Shown here: positions 1 to 13,043 of the stretch, piece after piece
Numbering within the stretch: the stretch's first letter is position 1
How the letters are laid out: each line of letters starts with the position of its first letter
Source of the DNA: Octopus vulgaris
Taxonomy: Eukaryota
Direction: 5' to 3'
Assembly (NCBI GenBank): GCA_951406725.2
Contig: OX597823.1
Location: 19,468,001-19,532,000 of the forward strand
DNA length: 64,000 nt
Notes under the pieces: model-generated
Databases searched by the model: none
What the model saw: only the letters and a program-made list of their open reading frames with translations
What the model was told of the DNA's origin: nothing
Made by a program: the position numbers and the translations under genes

Positions 1-290
1 TTCAATTCCAAAGGAAAACGATTTTATTCACACAAATATGCAACTGAAGAGTTTAAAGTACCGGTAAGTACATCGCAACAGCCAAAGTACTTGCGCATAC
101 AAATGCATGTTCCCATGGCTTTATCGATTGCATTCTCAACTGGAATTGATTTTTGTAATTTTTTCAAGACTTATACACGCCCTGATACCGTCTGTATCTA
201 CACATCAAATTTGAGCGCAATTGGATAGAGGATGCCCGAGATCCTAGAAGACACACACACAGACAGACAGAATGGATTTTATATTATATA
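1..290 (-). mobile_element. 5' part of a Helitron-like element cut by the window edge
   Basis: Minus strand starts (TA)n-ATAAAA-TCTGTCTGTCTGTGTGTG, like the other Helitron 5' ends here. Confidence 0.5.
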
Positions 291-599
291 TATATGTATG
301 TATGTTTTTGTGTTTGTTTCACCCCTCCACAACTTGACAACCAGTGTTTATATCCCTGTAACTTTAGTATTTTAGCAAAAGGAAGCTGATATAAAAATAA
401 TACTGGGAGTCAATTTGTTCAACTAAGCCTTTGAAGGTGGTGCTAGTATAGTTGCAATCCAATGAGTGAAACAAGTAAAAGGTAGAAGATAAAGTATATA
501 TATCAATTGTACAGATACAGGTCAGGTTCGATCAAGCAAACCTAAGATGGTGGGGTAAAATCTGACAGAAAAAAAATATATATATATATATATATATAT

Positions 600-994
600 T
601 CTTTTACTTGTTTCAGTCAGTTGACAGTGGCCATGCTGGAGCACTGCCTTTAGTCGAGCAAATCGGCTCCAGGACTTATTCTTTGTAAGCCTAGTACTTA
701 TTCTATTGATCTCTTTTGCAGAACTGCTAAGTTACGGGAATGTAAACACACCAGCATCAGTTGTCAAGTGACGTTGGGGGGACAAACACAGACACACAAA
801 CACATACACACACACATATATATATATACACGACAGGCTTCTTTCAGTTTCCGTCTACCAAATCCACTCACAAGGCTTTGGTTGGTCCAAGGCTATAGTA
901 GAAAACACTTGCCCAAGGTGCCACGCAGTGGAACTGAACCCGGAACCATGTGATTCGTAAGCAAGCTACTTAACACACAGCCATTCCTACACCT
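600..994 (-). mobile_element. tRNA-derived SINE, family A (dominant family)
   Basis: Head GGCGCAGGAGTGGCTGTGTGGTAAG (A box)...GGTTCAGTCCC (B box), CORE-like CACCTTGGGCAAGT, internal (TA)n(TG)n, tail TGACTGAAACAAGTAAAAGA. More than 20 full or partial copies in the window. Confidence 0.9.
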
Positions 995-1092
995 ATATAT
1001 TTATTTTATTATTAAAGCTTCAAAAACATTACAAAAAAACTGCTGCTCAGAGTTTCATGTTCCCCTTTGTGGAGCAGTTGTGATCAAAAATA

Positions 1093-1481
1093 GAATAAAA
1101 ATTGTGATTGTACATATAAGGTATATTTTGATACGATTCAAATTGACAGACACGCATTTGAATTTGATTGGTTAATTTCACTAATGGTATTTCAGGCGTA
1201 TTCAAATTAAGACAGTAAATATAAAAATAGAAAATAAGAATATATAGATATCGTGTTGTATAGTATCGAAGGAAACCCTAAGTTGGAAAAATATCTTGAA
1301 AAAAAAAAATCTTTTTCCAATTAAGGGGTTTCTTTGATACTATACAACACGATATCTATGTATTCTTATTTTCTATTTTTATATATCTCTTTGCATACTT
1401 CTCAAAGACTCTTAGTGAAATCAACCTATCAATTGAATCATATCAAAACATACATTATGCGTACAATCACAATTTTTATTC
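1093..1481. repeat. Imperfect AT-rich palindrome (fold-back element)
   Basis: GAATAAAAATTGTGATTGTAC/GTACAATCACAATTTTTATTC at the ends, long matching inner arms around about 1300. Confidence 0.8.
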
Positions 1482-1508
1482 CAAGGAATAAAATAGATTC
1501 ACAGTTTA

Positions 1509-1873
1509 TCTATATATGTAAACGGCAAAATGTCTGCGTGTGTGTTCTTTATACAAATCCACAATTTTTCAGTTAGCGGGCTTGCACTTTCTATGGTCAT
1601 TCAAAACCGTCCAAGGGTGGTGGTCGTGCACATCTTTACATTTCCCCAGTCACTCCGCAAAGCCATTAAAAAATCAATAGAAGCGACTTTTTTGTGAATT
1701 TTCTATCCAAAACCCAATCAAAATGCCCGAAACTTGATACAGCAATTGAATGCCAGCTAGCTGTATGTGATTGGTCGGAGATTTGGACAGTAATTGCGTG
1801 TATGTGCGCACAAACGCAGCTGTATATGCATGCACTAGCACTATGACCCGGCGTTGCCAGGTCATAGTGCTAG
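1509..1873 (+). mobile_element. Non-autonomous Helitron
   Basis: 5' TC(TATATA), 3' CTAG, inserted between A and T, no TSD. 3' hairpin ACTAGCACTATGACC/GGTCATAGTGCTAGT. Second copy at about 24269-24636. Confidence 0.85.
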
Positions 1874-1922
1874 TAAGAAATAAAATAGAAGAATAAAGAG
1901 TTAAAGTAGTTAGAAGAATATA

Positions 1923-2138
1923 CTTTTCTACTCTAGGCACAAGGCCCGAAATTTGGGAAGGAGTCCAGTCAATTAGATCGACCCCTCAGTATGCAACTGG
2001 TACTTAATTTATCGACCCCCAAAAGGATGAAAGGCAAAGTAGACTTCGGCGGAATTTGAACTCAGAACGTAGCAGCAGACAAAATACCGCTAAATATTTT
2101 GCCCGGCATAGCTAACGATTCTGTCAGCTGGCCACCTT
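1923..2138 (-). mobile_element. tRNA-derived SINE with Nin/Deu-like central domain
   Basis: Central GCCTTTCATCCTTT..GGGGTCGATAAATTAAGTACCAG. 17-bp TSD GTAGTTAGAAGA(A/C)TATA at 1906-1922 and 2139-2155. Confidence 0.85.
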
Positions 2139-2910
2139 GTAGTTAGAAGACTATAGGCAGGTGAATAACTCATCTTTTTTCCAGAGGATATGGATGTTGG
2201 TTGGTACTTCCATGAAGGTACAAATCCCAGGTGTATGAGATATAACTGGAGGTATTGTACAGGAATATGTGGGTGTGTTTGTTGCCATATGAGATATGGT
2301 AAAGGTACATATTAGTAGGTACAGTAGCGATACATCTGTGTCAGTATGTGTGGTGTAAGTATAGAGGTATATATCAGTCAGTAAATTATGCTTTGATCAT
2401 AGACTGCTTGATCAGGGAGTTGATCTCTGCCTAAACAACAACAACAACAACAACGCTGCTGTTGCCAGTTAAATACCCACCACAATCACTACTATTGCCC
2501 CCGCCAGCCCATAACATGTCAGGTATGATTATTATACCTAAAATGTTAAGGCTTCATTACCTGTACCTCAGCGCTTCCCTCATGACTACCATCACAGCCA
2601 CACAGCGGAATGGAATGTAGTTCCATGCAACATTTACTTTAGCAAACCAACAGTAATGAGAAACCAAATCGGTTTTGTAGCCTGGGCTGGTTTCCACTAT
2701 AAAACCACTCGCATGCATTAACCATTGGCTGGTGGGTGGTGGTACCAGCAGCAGTAGTAGTAATGGTGGTGGTGGTGGTAGTAGTAAAAGAGAAAAATGG
2801 TGAAAATCAGAAAAGCAGAAATTTGAATGCCATACCAACAGTGCAAGTAACCTGTCCTTGATATATACATGTGTGTATATGTTCGCTTTAGGTCTATGCA
2901 TGGGTTGGAA

Positions 2911-3210
2911 TAGTGCTACTCAAAGTGGTGGTCTGTGGACCAGAGCCGGTCTGTGGACCAGTGCCGGTCTGTGGATCAGCACCAGTCTGTGGACCAGCAC
3001 CGGTCTGTGGACCAGCGCCAGTCTGTGGACCAGCACCGGTCTGTGGACAAGCGCTGGTCTGTGGACCAGCACCGGTCTGTTGACCAGCGCCAGTCTGTGG
3101 ACCAGCACCGGTCTGTTGACCAGCGCCAGTCTGTGGACCAGCACCGGTCTGTGGACAAGCACCGGTCTGTGGACAAGCGCCGGTCAGTGAACCAGCGCCG
3201 GTCTGCAAGC
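2911..3210 (+). repeat. 18-bp minisatellite (about 15 copies) expanded within a hAT/Charlie-like terminus
   Basis: Unit GGTCTGTGGACCAGCACC from 2930 to about 3205, preceded by TAGTGCTACTCAAAGTGG, which resembles the 5' ends of MER5-type hAT elements. Confidence 0.85.
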
Positions 3211-3391
3211 TATCAGCTGCCGGTACACAGCAAGTTTCCAGCAAAGAAAGAAACATTATAAAATGCTTATATAATGGTTATGTAATATTGTATTATTTGT
3301 TTACAAAAATAAATATAAGATAAAATTGTCAACTTTTATTATATTTGTTATATATATTGTTTCCAGTAATGAATTAATATAGCTAAGAAAT

Positions 3392-3830
3392 AAGGTGGTG
3401 AGCTGGCAGAAATGTTAGCACACCGGGCAAAATATTTAGCAGTATTTCGTCTGTCTTTACATTCTGAGTTTGAATTCCGCCAAGGTCGACTTTGCTTTTA
3501 TCCTTTCGGGGTCAATAAATTAAGTAACAGTTGTGTACTGGGGTCAATCTAATCGACTGGCCCCATCCCCCAAAATTTTGGGCCTTGTGCCTACTATAGA
3601 AAGGAATATATTAAGGCGGTGAAGTGGCAGAAACATTAGCACACCGGGCGAAATGTTTAGCAGTATTTCGTCTGCCTTTATGTTCTGAGTTCAAATTCCG
3701 CTGAGGTTGCCTTTGTCTTTCATCTTTTCGGGGTCAATAAATTAAGTACCAGTTGTGTACTGAGGTCAATCTAATCGATCAGCCCCTACCCCGAAATTTC
3801 AGGTCTTGTGCCTAGAGTAGAAAAGAATAT
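3392..3830 (+). mobile_element. Two head-to-tail Nin-like SINE copies
   Basis: Units at about 3392-3610 and 3614-3830, each with a GG(T/C)GGTGA..TGGCAGAA head. Confidence 0.85.
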
Positions 3831-3832
3831 TA

Positions 3833-4020
3833 CGGTGGCACGTAAAAAGCACCCACTACACTCTCGGAGTGGTTGGCATTAGAAAGGGCATCCAGCTGTA
3901 GAAACTCTGCCAGATCAAGATTGGAGCCTGGTGCAGCCATCTGGTTTGCCAGCCTTCAGTTATTCGTCCAACCCATGCTGGCATGGAAAGCGGATGTTAA
4001 ACGATGATGATGATGATGAA
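3833..4020 (+). mobile_element. SINE-like element with (GAT)n tail (RTE-related by inference)
   Basis: GGTGGCACGTAAAAAGCACCC...GGTTGGCATTAGAAAGGGCATCCAGC...GATGATGAT. Relatives at about 6990-7245(-), 32200-32360, 50205-50385 and 63855-64000. Confidence 0.7.
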
Positions 4021-4717
4021 ATATTACCAGTCTCTGGCACATTGGAAAAAAAAAAAATGCCACATCAGATAGTTTCAGAAGCACTGAGTGAGATGATTAT
4101 ATTTACTAAGGCATTAATTTACAGCTGGATTCTCATCTTGTCAGTAACCTTTAGCCACATTTTCTAAGTAAAGCATCTCTTATTCCATATACATCTTTAA
4201 AGACACGAAGCCAGCAGTTGACCTACTGACAGGAGAAAAAAAAGCAAGGGCACTGCTCATAGCTGAGTAATTTTAGAAGTGCAAACACAGACATATACAC
4301 ACACACACACGTGATGGGCTTTTGCAGTTTCTGTCTACCAAATCCAGTCACATAGCTTTGGTTGGCCCATGGCCACAGGAGAACATACTTGCTCAAGGAG
4401 CCAAGCAATGGGACTACATCTGAGACCATGTAGAGGAGAAGCTAATGTTTTAACCATTGCTGTGTTGCTCAATTGCAACCTTTCATGAAAACTTGCCCAG
4501 GCAATGTGCAGCCCATGTTCAAAGGACCAGAGGAATATCATTTTGCTTGGAAGCAGGTTAGGATTTTCAAGTATGGATCCCTTGTTCTATGTCTTTGAAA
4601 GTAAAAAAAAAAAATCAGCTGATGACATGTCAACAGGGGAAATGGGTTTCCAAGCCAAGATGATATTTTCTCTAATCCTCTGAAGTTCAACACAACAATG
4701 GTCAGTCCTGATTTGAA

Positions 4718-5058
4718 GGTGCATGGATCAGTGGTTAGAAAGTTGGGCTCACAACCATGAGGTAGTAAGTTCGATTCCTGGATTAGGCTGCTTGTTGTGT
4801 TCTTGAGCAAGACACTTTATTTCATGTTGCTCCAGTTCACTCAGCTGTAGGAACGAGTTGCGAATTCACTGGTGCCAAGCTGTATCAGCCCCTCTGCCTT
4901 TCCCTTGGACAACATCAGTGGCATGGAGAAAGGAAGCTGGTATGCATGGGTGACTGCTGGTCTTCTATAAACAACTTTGCCTGGACTTGTGCCCAGGAGG
5001 GGAACTTTCTAGCTGTGATCCCATGGCCATTCATGACCGAAGGGGGTCTTTACCCTTG
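4718..5058 (+). mobile_element. tRNA-derived CORE-like SINE, family B
   Basis: GGTGCATGG..CAGTGGTTAG head, GTTCGATTCC B box, GTGTTCTTGAGCAAGACACTT core. Copies at 13221-13548, 47687-48025 and 49465-49717(-). Confidence 0.85.
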
Positions 5059-5072
5059 TAGTTCTGATTTAA

Positions 5073-5293
5073 CCCTTTTGATACCAACCCGGCTGAAACC
5101 GGCTCTGGCTCTGTAGTACAAATGTCATGTTTTCATAAGTTTTGAATTAAAATCTTCCACCAAACCTTAGTCACAATTTATGCTCCTAACACTAGCTGAA
5201 TGATAACCAAGTTATTTTACTAAATTCTTTGTTATATTCAAAGTAACTGAAAGAAACACAGAGCATCTCCAAATAAATACGGTAACGAAAGGG
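5073..5293 (+). mobile_element. piggyBac-type MITE
   Basis: TTAA|CCCTTT...AAAGGG|TTAA. Family members at 38253-38475, about 51965-52051 (partial) and 55746-56294. Confidence 0.85.
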
Positions 5294-5582
5294 TTAAAGA
5301 AAAAATATTGCAATTGAAAAATACCATTTGGTACTGTGGAATTTGTTTGCAGTTTTTATGTGATGTGAAGACAAAGATGCATCAACACACACACACACAC
5401 ACACACACTGAGCTTTGCAGAGTATCCTTCTGCTGCACTGACTCACAAGGTATTTGTCAGCTAAGGGATATACTAGAAGATATTTGCCCGCCCTGATTGC
5501 CACATGGTGGAATTGAACCTAAGAACCATGTGGCTGTGAAGAGAACTTCTTAAGCATATATACTGGCATCTATCTATACTTA

Positions 5583-5616
<34 letters not shown>

Positions 5617-7519
5617 CTCCATCGTTTAGTCTGCTTTTCCTTGGCAGCATGAAAAAGCAGATGTAATATGATGATGATTACACACACACACATAGTTCTG
5701 AGTGTGTGCGTGTGAGTGCACACACACACACACATATTCACTGTAGTTAATGGGTGTGTAACCAGTCCTAGATAATAGACCAAAACTTTTTAGAATGTAG
5801 TCAGTCAATCCCACCCCACCCTAATACCCAGTGATATACAAGGCTGTGAGAGAGAGGATTAAGTAGATAGGGTGAGAGTATGGTCGGGAGTGGGGTGGGG
5901 GGGTGGAGAATAAAAGATGAGTAGGGTGGCAGTAGTCTTAATTTTTGTGTGAATGGAACACATTCTTTGTTCAGTTATCAACAGTAGACACACCCATTTT
6001 CTTTTTTTTTTCTTTAGAGGGTGGAGAATGGTTCTATGTGTATATGTATAGAATATATGAACACTCACTCACACGCATAAACATACACACACACACACAC
6101 ACAACGATAACGACGACAACAATAATAATAATAATAATAATAATGATAATAATAATTATAATAATAATAAATTCACAGGTATAATATATATGTATGTATG
6201 TATGTATGTATTTATTCATATTCATAGTTAGCAGGAAAGAAGATATTACTAACATCTGGGAAGGAGATTGGAATTCAGGAGGTGTACTCGGTGTAAACTG
6301 TATGTGTGTGTACATGTGTGTGCGTGTATGTGCACCAGAGTTGCTGTGGGATCACTGGCAGGTCGAGGGGGGAAGAAGGATTTGAAACATGCGTAGCGAT
6401 TGTGCAGAGGTAGTTAGTGGAAAAGGGTCCTGTGAAATAAATTTTTTTTTCAGTTATACAAGGAGCTCCCTATATGTTGTTGATTGATCCTGTTACCTTA
6501 GTGACCAAATTAAACTGTGGTGTCTGGTGTTCCAAAAGGGTAGCGATAATTGCTGTGCTGCCAGTTAAGCCCGCAAAATAGGGTGTCGAAATATGGAAGG
6601 ATATAACATACTTGGCATACTGTGTACATAACCCTTACTGTACAGGAACTGAGTATATTCAGTTCCGTGCATAAGCACTTGAAACATAGGGACCAAATTA
6701 ACTCTTTTGATAGTGAGATACTTTCCAGAGTTCTCAAAGTTTTGTATGACGTAGTATGCACGTTCTATTTTTACTGGCTGGCCAACGGAAAGAGGTTGGG
6801 AAGACTAATTTACATATGATTAGCCTGTTACATCACCAGCAAAAATTTTATCAGCACAGTGAGGGTCAATGGTGATTCTAATAATTAAATGGGGAAGAAA
6901 ATCAGTGATGCATGATAACATTGCCTACAGTATGTTGTGGTTGGTAAAATATCACTTCCTTACTGTAAACAAAGCTGTGGGTTACACATCACCATCATTT
7001 AGCATCCGCTTTCCAATGCTAGCATGGGTTGGATGGTTCAACTGGAGTCTGGGAAGCCAGAAGGCTGCATCAGGCCCAGTCTGATCTGGCAATGTTTCTA
7101 CGGCTGGATGCCCTTCCTAACACCAACCACTCCGTGAGTGTAGTGGGTGCTTTTTACATGCCACCGGCACAGGCGCCAGACGGGGGCTGGCAAACGGCCA
7201 CGGTCGGATGGTGGTTTTTATGTGCCACCGGCACGGGGGCCAGGCTGGTCTCACTTGTAGCAGACTTAGAATCTATGGCGATACACATGTGCTGCCACCG
7301 TAGTTATTGCAAATTAAGACAACAAGTATATTAATTTCTCTATCCACTTGTGCTCCATGTGGACGAAAATGGAACGCCATTTTTGAACCTTGATTAAAGC
7401 AAAGACACAATCAGTGGAGATAGATAAATCTGATGAAGTGCTATTACATGGTTGGTGGACCAGGTAAAAGCAGCAAGTAGTGTGATTGTATATGTGTATA
7501 TATATATATATATTCTTCC

Positions 7520-8077
7520 ATTCTTTTACTTGTTTCAGTCATTTGACAACGGCCATCCCGGAGCACCACCTTAACCCTTTAGCATTTAAACCGGTCATAT
7601 CTGGCCCAAAATATTCTACCTGTTTTATGTTCAAACTAGCCATATCTGGTCTCTCACACCAACCCTACAATATCATCTTAAAAATTAACAGCTACCTCAT
7701 CAAAATCTCCTAGCTACAAGATAATGCATGATTAGTTCAAAACAATGTGGATAAAGAAGCATTAATTTTGGCAGAATAATGCAAACACTAAAGGGTTAAA
7801 GGGTTTTAGTCAAAGAAATCGACTCCAGGACTTATTCTTTTGTAACCCTAATACTTATTCAATCGATCTCTTTTACCTGCTAAATTACAGGGACATAACC
7901 ACACCAGCATTGGTTGTCACGGGCTTCTTTCAGTTTCCGTCTACCAAATCCACTCACAAGGCTTTGGTCAGCTCGAGGCTATAGTACAAGACACTTGCCC
8001 AAGGTGCCATGTAGTGGGAGTGAACCCATAACCATGTGGCTGGGAAGCAAACTACAAACCACACAGCCACTCCTGCA
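7520..8077 (-). mobile_element. SINE family A interrupted by a piggyBac MITE
   Basis: Family A sequence on both sides of 7575-7795. Confidence 0.8.
7575..7795 (+). mobile_element. piggyBac-type MITE (second family) nested in a SINE
   Basis: TTAA|CCCTTTAG...CTAAAGGG|TTAA interrupting the SINE at 7520-8077. Confidence 0.85.
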
Positions 8078-8254
8078 TATATATATATATATGTCTTCAG
8101 CTTTAGAGTCTGATGAGTCACCCATAGGGTTAAGCCCTCTACAGATGCAAAACCACTGGCCATTCCATTACTGGACACAGACTTAACTGCATATAAATAC
8201 ATTACTACTCTATGTTGTAGAGTATGTTTGTTTTTTGGATAAATGATACATTAA

Positions 8255-8309
<55 letters not shown>

Positions 8310-8889
8310 CTTCGAAGCGTAGAGTAGATGAAACCATGGCGACTGAAGAAGGGGTTTTTTCCTTGTGTTATTTGTCCTGTACTCTATTTTTTTGTTGTTT
8401 AAGAAAAATGTCCAGTTCCTTGTGTCTATGTTTTCGTTTCTCATTGTGTTCGACGTTTTTTTGGTGTCCTGTACTCATATATGCATGTATGTATACATGT
8501 AGAGGTAGGTACGTACATATATGTATATATATATGCATATGTTTTATTTATTAATATATTATATATATATATCTGCCTACCCACAAACCCCAACCCCTAG
8601 CCGAACCCACACCCCACACGTGCTTTCCCCACTCTCGCTTCCCCCACCTCCCAACAACATCACACCACACTACAGCATACAACATTACACATCACATCAC
8701 AACACACCCATCCCCACATCTTCACACCTACACATACATACACGCACACGTCCAGACCACCAGCCCTCTTTCACACGCACATACATACTCTCTTATACAC
8801 ACACGCACCTTTGTGTTGGGGGGGGTCATCTTTACATTGTTATCTCCCCTACTTTCCTCCTCGTGTTTGACCCTTCTGTCTGGCACTAG

Positions 8890-9085
8890 TCGCAATGATA
8901 GATCGTTAGCCACTACACACATTTTTTTCTCTCCTTGTTTTTTACTGTGTCCCTTTCTGTAGAAGAGCGTAGGCTCGAAACGTAAAAGACTTTTTCTATT
9001 CCTGAGCGTTATACTAATACATCTGTTTGTTTTGTACACCACCTGTCTTCGTCTTTTGTTTTTTTCGTAAACTCTCCCTATATAT
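8890..9085 (+). mobile_element. Short (TA)n-associated repeat with hammerhead-like motif, copy 1 (probable Penelope-like terminal repeat)
   Basis: CTTT-CTGTAGA-A-GAGC-GTAG-GCTC-GAAA-CGTA-AAAG at 8953-8988. Related copies at about 11067-11205 and 19548-19730. Confidence 0.55.
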
Positions 9086-9581
9086 ATACATATATTATTA
9101 TTTATATATATATATATATATATATCATCATTATCGTTTTTAAACATTATTCCAAGATGACTACCACAGTAAATTTACTTTCTGCAATATATTTACATTA
9201 AGTTTAATACTTAGATGGCTAATTAAAAACCTATTCTTCTTCACAAATTTTTGGAAGAGAGTGGACCCTGTCACAATCTCTCTGATTGGTTGAAAGTAAT
9301 TAACTACTTTTTTTCTTTTCATATATATATTTTTTTTCCTGATAGAAATATTCCAGAAATAACTGAAAAAGAAAACCATAAAAAAAAAAAGTATATAAAA
9401 TAAATTAAAACAATATCATGGCTTCTTATTGGCCCAGAGGACATTTGAGCATTCTTTTGCTATGAACATTATCATGAGGATTAGGAACCTACTTAGGATT
9501 ATGAAGTAATAGAGTACAAACGAACATTTCAGCAAACAACATGTTTCAAGGAAGAAAGCCTGAACGAACTTTTAGAAGTTA

Positions 9582-10098
9582 CTAGCAGTATCGCCCGGCG
9601 TTGCTCGGGTTTGTAAGGGAAATAACTATATAAGCATTTTTAGAGAGTTACTTCCTTTATAGATGCCAATTCGGGCTTTCTTAGCCATTTCTGTTTTGGT
9701 GTCTTCAAGCCATGAAGTCGTTGTTCTAAAAGAACGCTGGTCTCATTGACAACGCTTTACGACGTTGATTTCCTTACACTCCCTTCCCCACAGCTTCACG
9801 AGGGAGGGAAGAAGGGGGAGAAGCAAACACAGGTGCAGGTGTTTGAGCGTGGACGCCAACTCTGCCGCCATCGACACACGAAAAATTATGCATTAAAATG
9901 GAATAAAAAATTATGTTAAATTATTTTTAAAATCGTAGACTCATCGTAGACGCGCGCTAATAGCCAGACGGGCTCGATATTAATCACGACTATAAGATAC
10001 CCGAATTTGGTTAAACTGCACCGCAAAATGTGGGAGTAGTTAGGAATCTAAATCGTAGGAGACAGACACACACACAACTACAGTTTTATATATATAGA
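9582..10098 (-). mobile_element. Non-autonomous Helitron
   Basis: Minus strand begins TCTATATATATAAAAC and ends CCCGAGCAACGCCGGG (hairpin)...CTAG, in an A/T site. CpG-rich, so probably young. Confidence 0.8.
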
Positions 10099-10603
10099 TA
10101 TCACTTTTTCCATACTCGTTGTGTTCCAAAAACCACAATTTATTTCTGCAATCAATCTAAACACATAAGGGGTTGTATTTTAGAAATACCGAAGTAAAAA
10201 AGGGTCAATTGTATTAGAAAATCTCTTGCATTAAGAAACCATTATTGCCTTTGTTTCTTTGTGTGTGCATATATCTATGTCTGCATGTGTGAATTTATTT
10301 CATTGTGTAGTTTTCTTCAAACATTTTGATAAATTCCAGTATTCTTCTCACCCTTTTTCGCTTACCTTTATGGTGCACCTATGTTAGATGTGCTAAACTT
10401 TAACTGAAAATCTAATAACAATTCTTCTATACTATAATTCTGTTATCACCTAACTGTCTGGATGTTTTGTGATATATATATATATATATATATATAAATT
10501 AAATTAGAGATAAAACCACTATTAGGCAACTAATTTATATTTATACTGTGAAATTTGATTTAATCCTAAATCTAATTTTTCCCTGTAAGTTTGGATATAC
10601 TCC

Positions 10604-10652
<49 letters not shown>

Positions 10653-10653
<1 letters not shown>

Positions 10654-11052
10654 GGCACAGGAGTGGCTGTGCAGTAAGTAGCTTGTTTACCAACCACATG
10701 ATTCCGGGTTCAGTCCCACTGCGTGGCACCTTGGGCAAGTGTCTTCTACTATAGCCTCAGGCCGACCAAAGCCTTGTGAGTGGATTTGGTAGACGGAAAC
10801 TGAAAGAAGCCCATCGTATATATGTATATATATGTATGTGCATGTATGTTTGTGTGTCTGTGTTTGTCCCCCTAGCATTGCTTGACAACCAATGCTGGTG
10901 TGTTTATGTCCCCGTCACTTAGCAATTCGGAAAAAGAGACCGATAGAATAAGTACTGGGCTTACAAAGAATAAGTCTCGGGATCGAGTTGCTCAGTTAAA
11001 GGCGGTGCACCAGCATGGCCGCAGTCAAAATGACTGAAACAAGTAAAAAGAG
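10653..11052 (+). mobile_element. SINE family A, full length
   Basis: Head-to-tail match to family A. Confidence 0.9.
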
Positions 11053-11066
11053 ATATATATATATAT

Positions 11067-11205
11067 ATTCTCTCCTTGTTTCTTTCTGTGGAAGAGCGTA
11101 GGCTCGAAATGTTAAAGACTTTTTCACTTCCTGAGCACTATACTAATACATCTGTTTGTTTTCTTCACCACCTGTCTTTTGTATTTTTGTGTATTCTCCC
11201 TATAT
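11067..11205 (+). mobile_element. Same hammerhead-like repeat, copy 2
   Basis: TCTTT-CTGTGGA-A-GAGCGTAGGCTC-GAAA-TGTT-AAAGA, with downstream sequence shared with copy 1. Confidence 0.55.
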
Positions 11206-11644
11206 ACTTCGTTTTTGTATCTGGTTTGCATGATTCCTTATGTGAATTCATGTGTTGAAACAAATTTTGTTGTCTGGGGAGGGTCAAAGTACCTTAATAT
11301 AACACACGCACTGGTTCAATTTCCACTCATTTATTTATTCCAGAAAGCTTTTCCGTCACTACATTGGTTGGCCCAACGCCATTGTAGAAGACACTTGCCC
11401 AAGGTGCCATGCAGAGGGACTGAACCCGGAACCATGTGCTTCGTTAGCAAGCTACTTACCACACAGCCACTCTTATGCCTAGGTGTTAGTGTTTGTTTTT
11501 ATGTTTAGCTATAATATTGTTTTCAAATTTTTGGCACAAGACCAGCAGTTTTGGAGGAGGGGTCAAGTCAATTAAATCAACCCCAGTGTTCAACTGGTAC
11601 TTATATATATATATACACACACAAACATACATACATACATATAT

Positions 11645-12058
11645 TCTTTTACTTGTTTCAGTCATTTGACTGTGGCCATGCTGGAGCACCACCTTTAGTC
11701 AAGCAAATCAACCCGAGGACTTATTCTTTGTAAATCTAGTACTTATTCTGCTGGTCGTTTGCCGAACCACTAAGTTACAGGGACATAAACACACCAGCAT
11801 CAGTTGTCAAGCAATGTTGGGGGGGGGGGACGAAACACAAAAACAGAAACGCCACACACACGTATATATATATATATATATATATAAATATATATATACG
11901 ACGGGCTTCTTTCAATTTCTGTCTACCAAATCCACTCACATAAGGCTTTGGTCAGCCCGAAGATATAACAGAAGACACTTGCCTGAGGTGCCACGCAGTG
12001 GCAATGAACCCGGGACCATGTGATTGGTAAGCAAGCTACTTACCACATAACCACTCCA
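11645..12058 (-). mobile_element. SINE family A
   Basis: Reverse-complement match to family A. Confidence 0.9.
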
Positions 12059-12642
12059 TAATATATATATATATATATATATGTTATTCAATAACTCACT
12101 TTATATGGCTATATAGTTGAGCAAAATTTTAATATTTCTATATTTTGGTGCATATGCCTACAATTAGAATAATTTTGAAGCAAAAAATTCCATGAGAGAT
12201 TAATAAAACAGCTTCCATTTGTTAAACTATATTCCAAACTCCACATTTATATATATCAATATACAAAAAAGTTATACATGTTTTATGAAACCAGTCTAAG
12301 TTGTCAATTATTTTCGAATTTAATTGAAATACATAGGGAGTGTATTTTAGTTAGAAAGGTTAAAAGGTGATGAGGTAGTACTGTTAGTTAATACCATTTA
12401 AATGTTTGTATAGCACCAATTTGGCAAAGAACGAGGACAGGATCTCTTTGGTTTAATTGGTAACATGGCCACCTGGCATGTGACATATACATGGTTTGAG
12501 TTCATGGAAGAGCCTGGTCTCTGATTTCAGCCCTAGCTTGGTGTTCACATAATTTATATATATCTAACTATCTATTTACACAATATATATATATATGTAT
12601 GTATGTATGTTATGTTTGAGTGTTTGTATATGTATACTCTCT

Positions 12643-12845
12643 CTTTTACTTGTTTCAGTCGTTTGACTGCGGCCATGCTGGAGCACCGCCTTTAGTCGAG
12701 CAAATAGACCCCTGGGACTTATTCTTTGTAAGCCCAGTACTTATTCTATCAGTCTCTTTTTGCCGAACCGCTAAGTGACGGGGAAGTAAACACACCAGCA
12801 TCGGTTGTCAAGCAATGCTAGGGGGACAAACACAGACACACAAAC

Positions 12846-12876
<31 letters not shown>

Positions 12877-13043
12877 TACGACAGGCTTCTTTCAGTTTCC
12901 GTCTACCAAATCCACTCACAAGGCATTGGTCGGCCCGGGACTATAACAGAAGACACATGACCAAGATGCCGCGCAGTGGGACTGAACCCGGAACCATGTG
13001 GTTGGTTAGCAAGCTACTTACCACACAGCCACTCCTGCGCCTA
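12643..13043 (-). mobile_element. SINE family A, full length
   Basis: Reverse-complement match, CpG-rich. Confidence 0.9.

Noticed and set aside
768-953. Recurrent ORFs such as RQASFSFRLPNPLTRLW and YDGLLSVSVYQIHSQG
   Set aside because: Translations of SINE family A copies, not a gene family.
2858-3261. Repetitive ORFs (LWTSTG, PQTGAG, SVDQHR)
   Set aside because: Translations of an 18-bp minisatellite open in most frames, with no splice or start context.
6500-6800. Cys-containing frame reminiscent of a LINE zinc-binding region
   Set aside because: Too degenerate to assign. The blocks at 21700-22200, 27250-27850 and 32440-32690 are likewise possible old LINE debris without diagnostic motifs.
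10366-10403. Minus-strand segment with good splice sites and a peptide resembling SNIGAP
   Set aside because: All three frames contain stops, so the similarity to the NIDO exon is probably chance.
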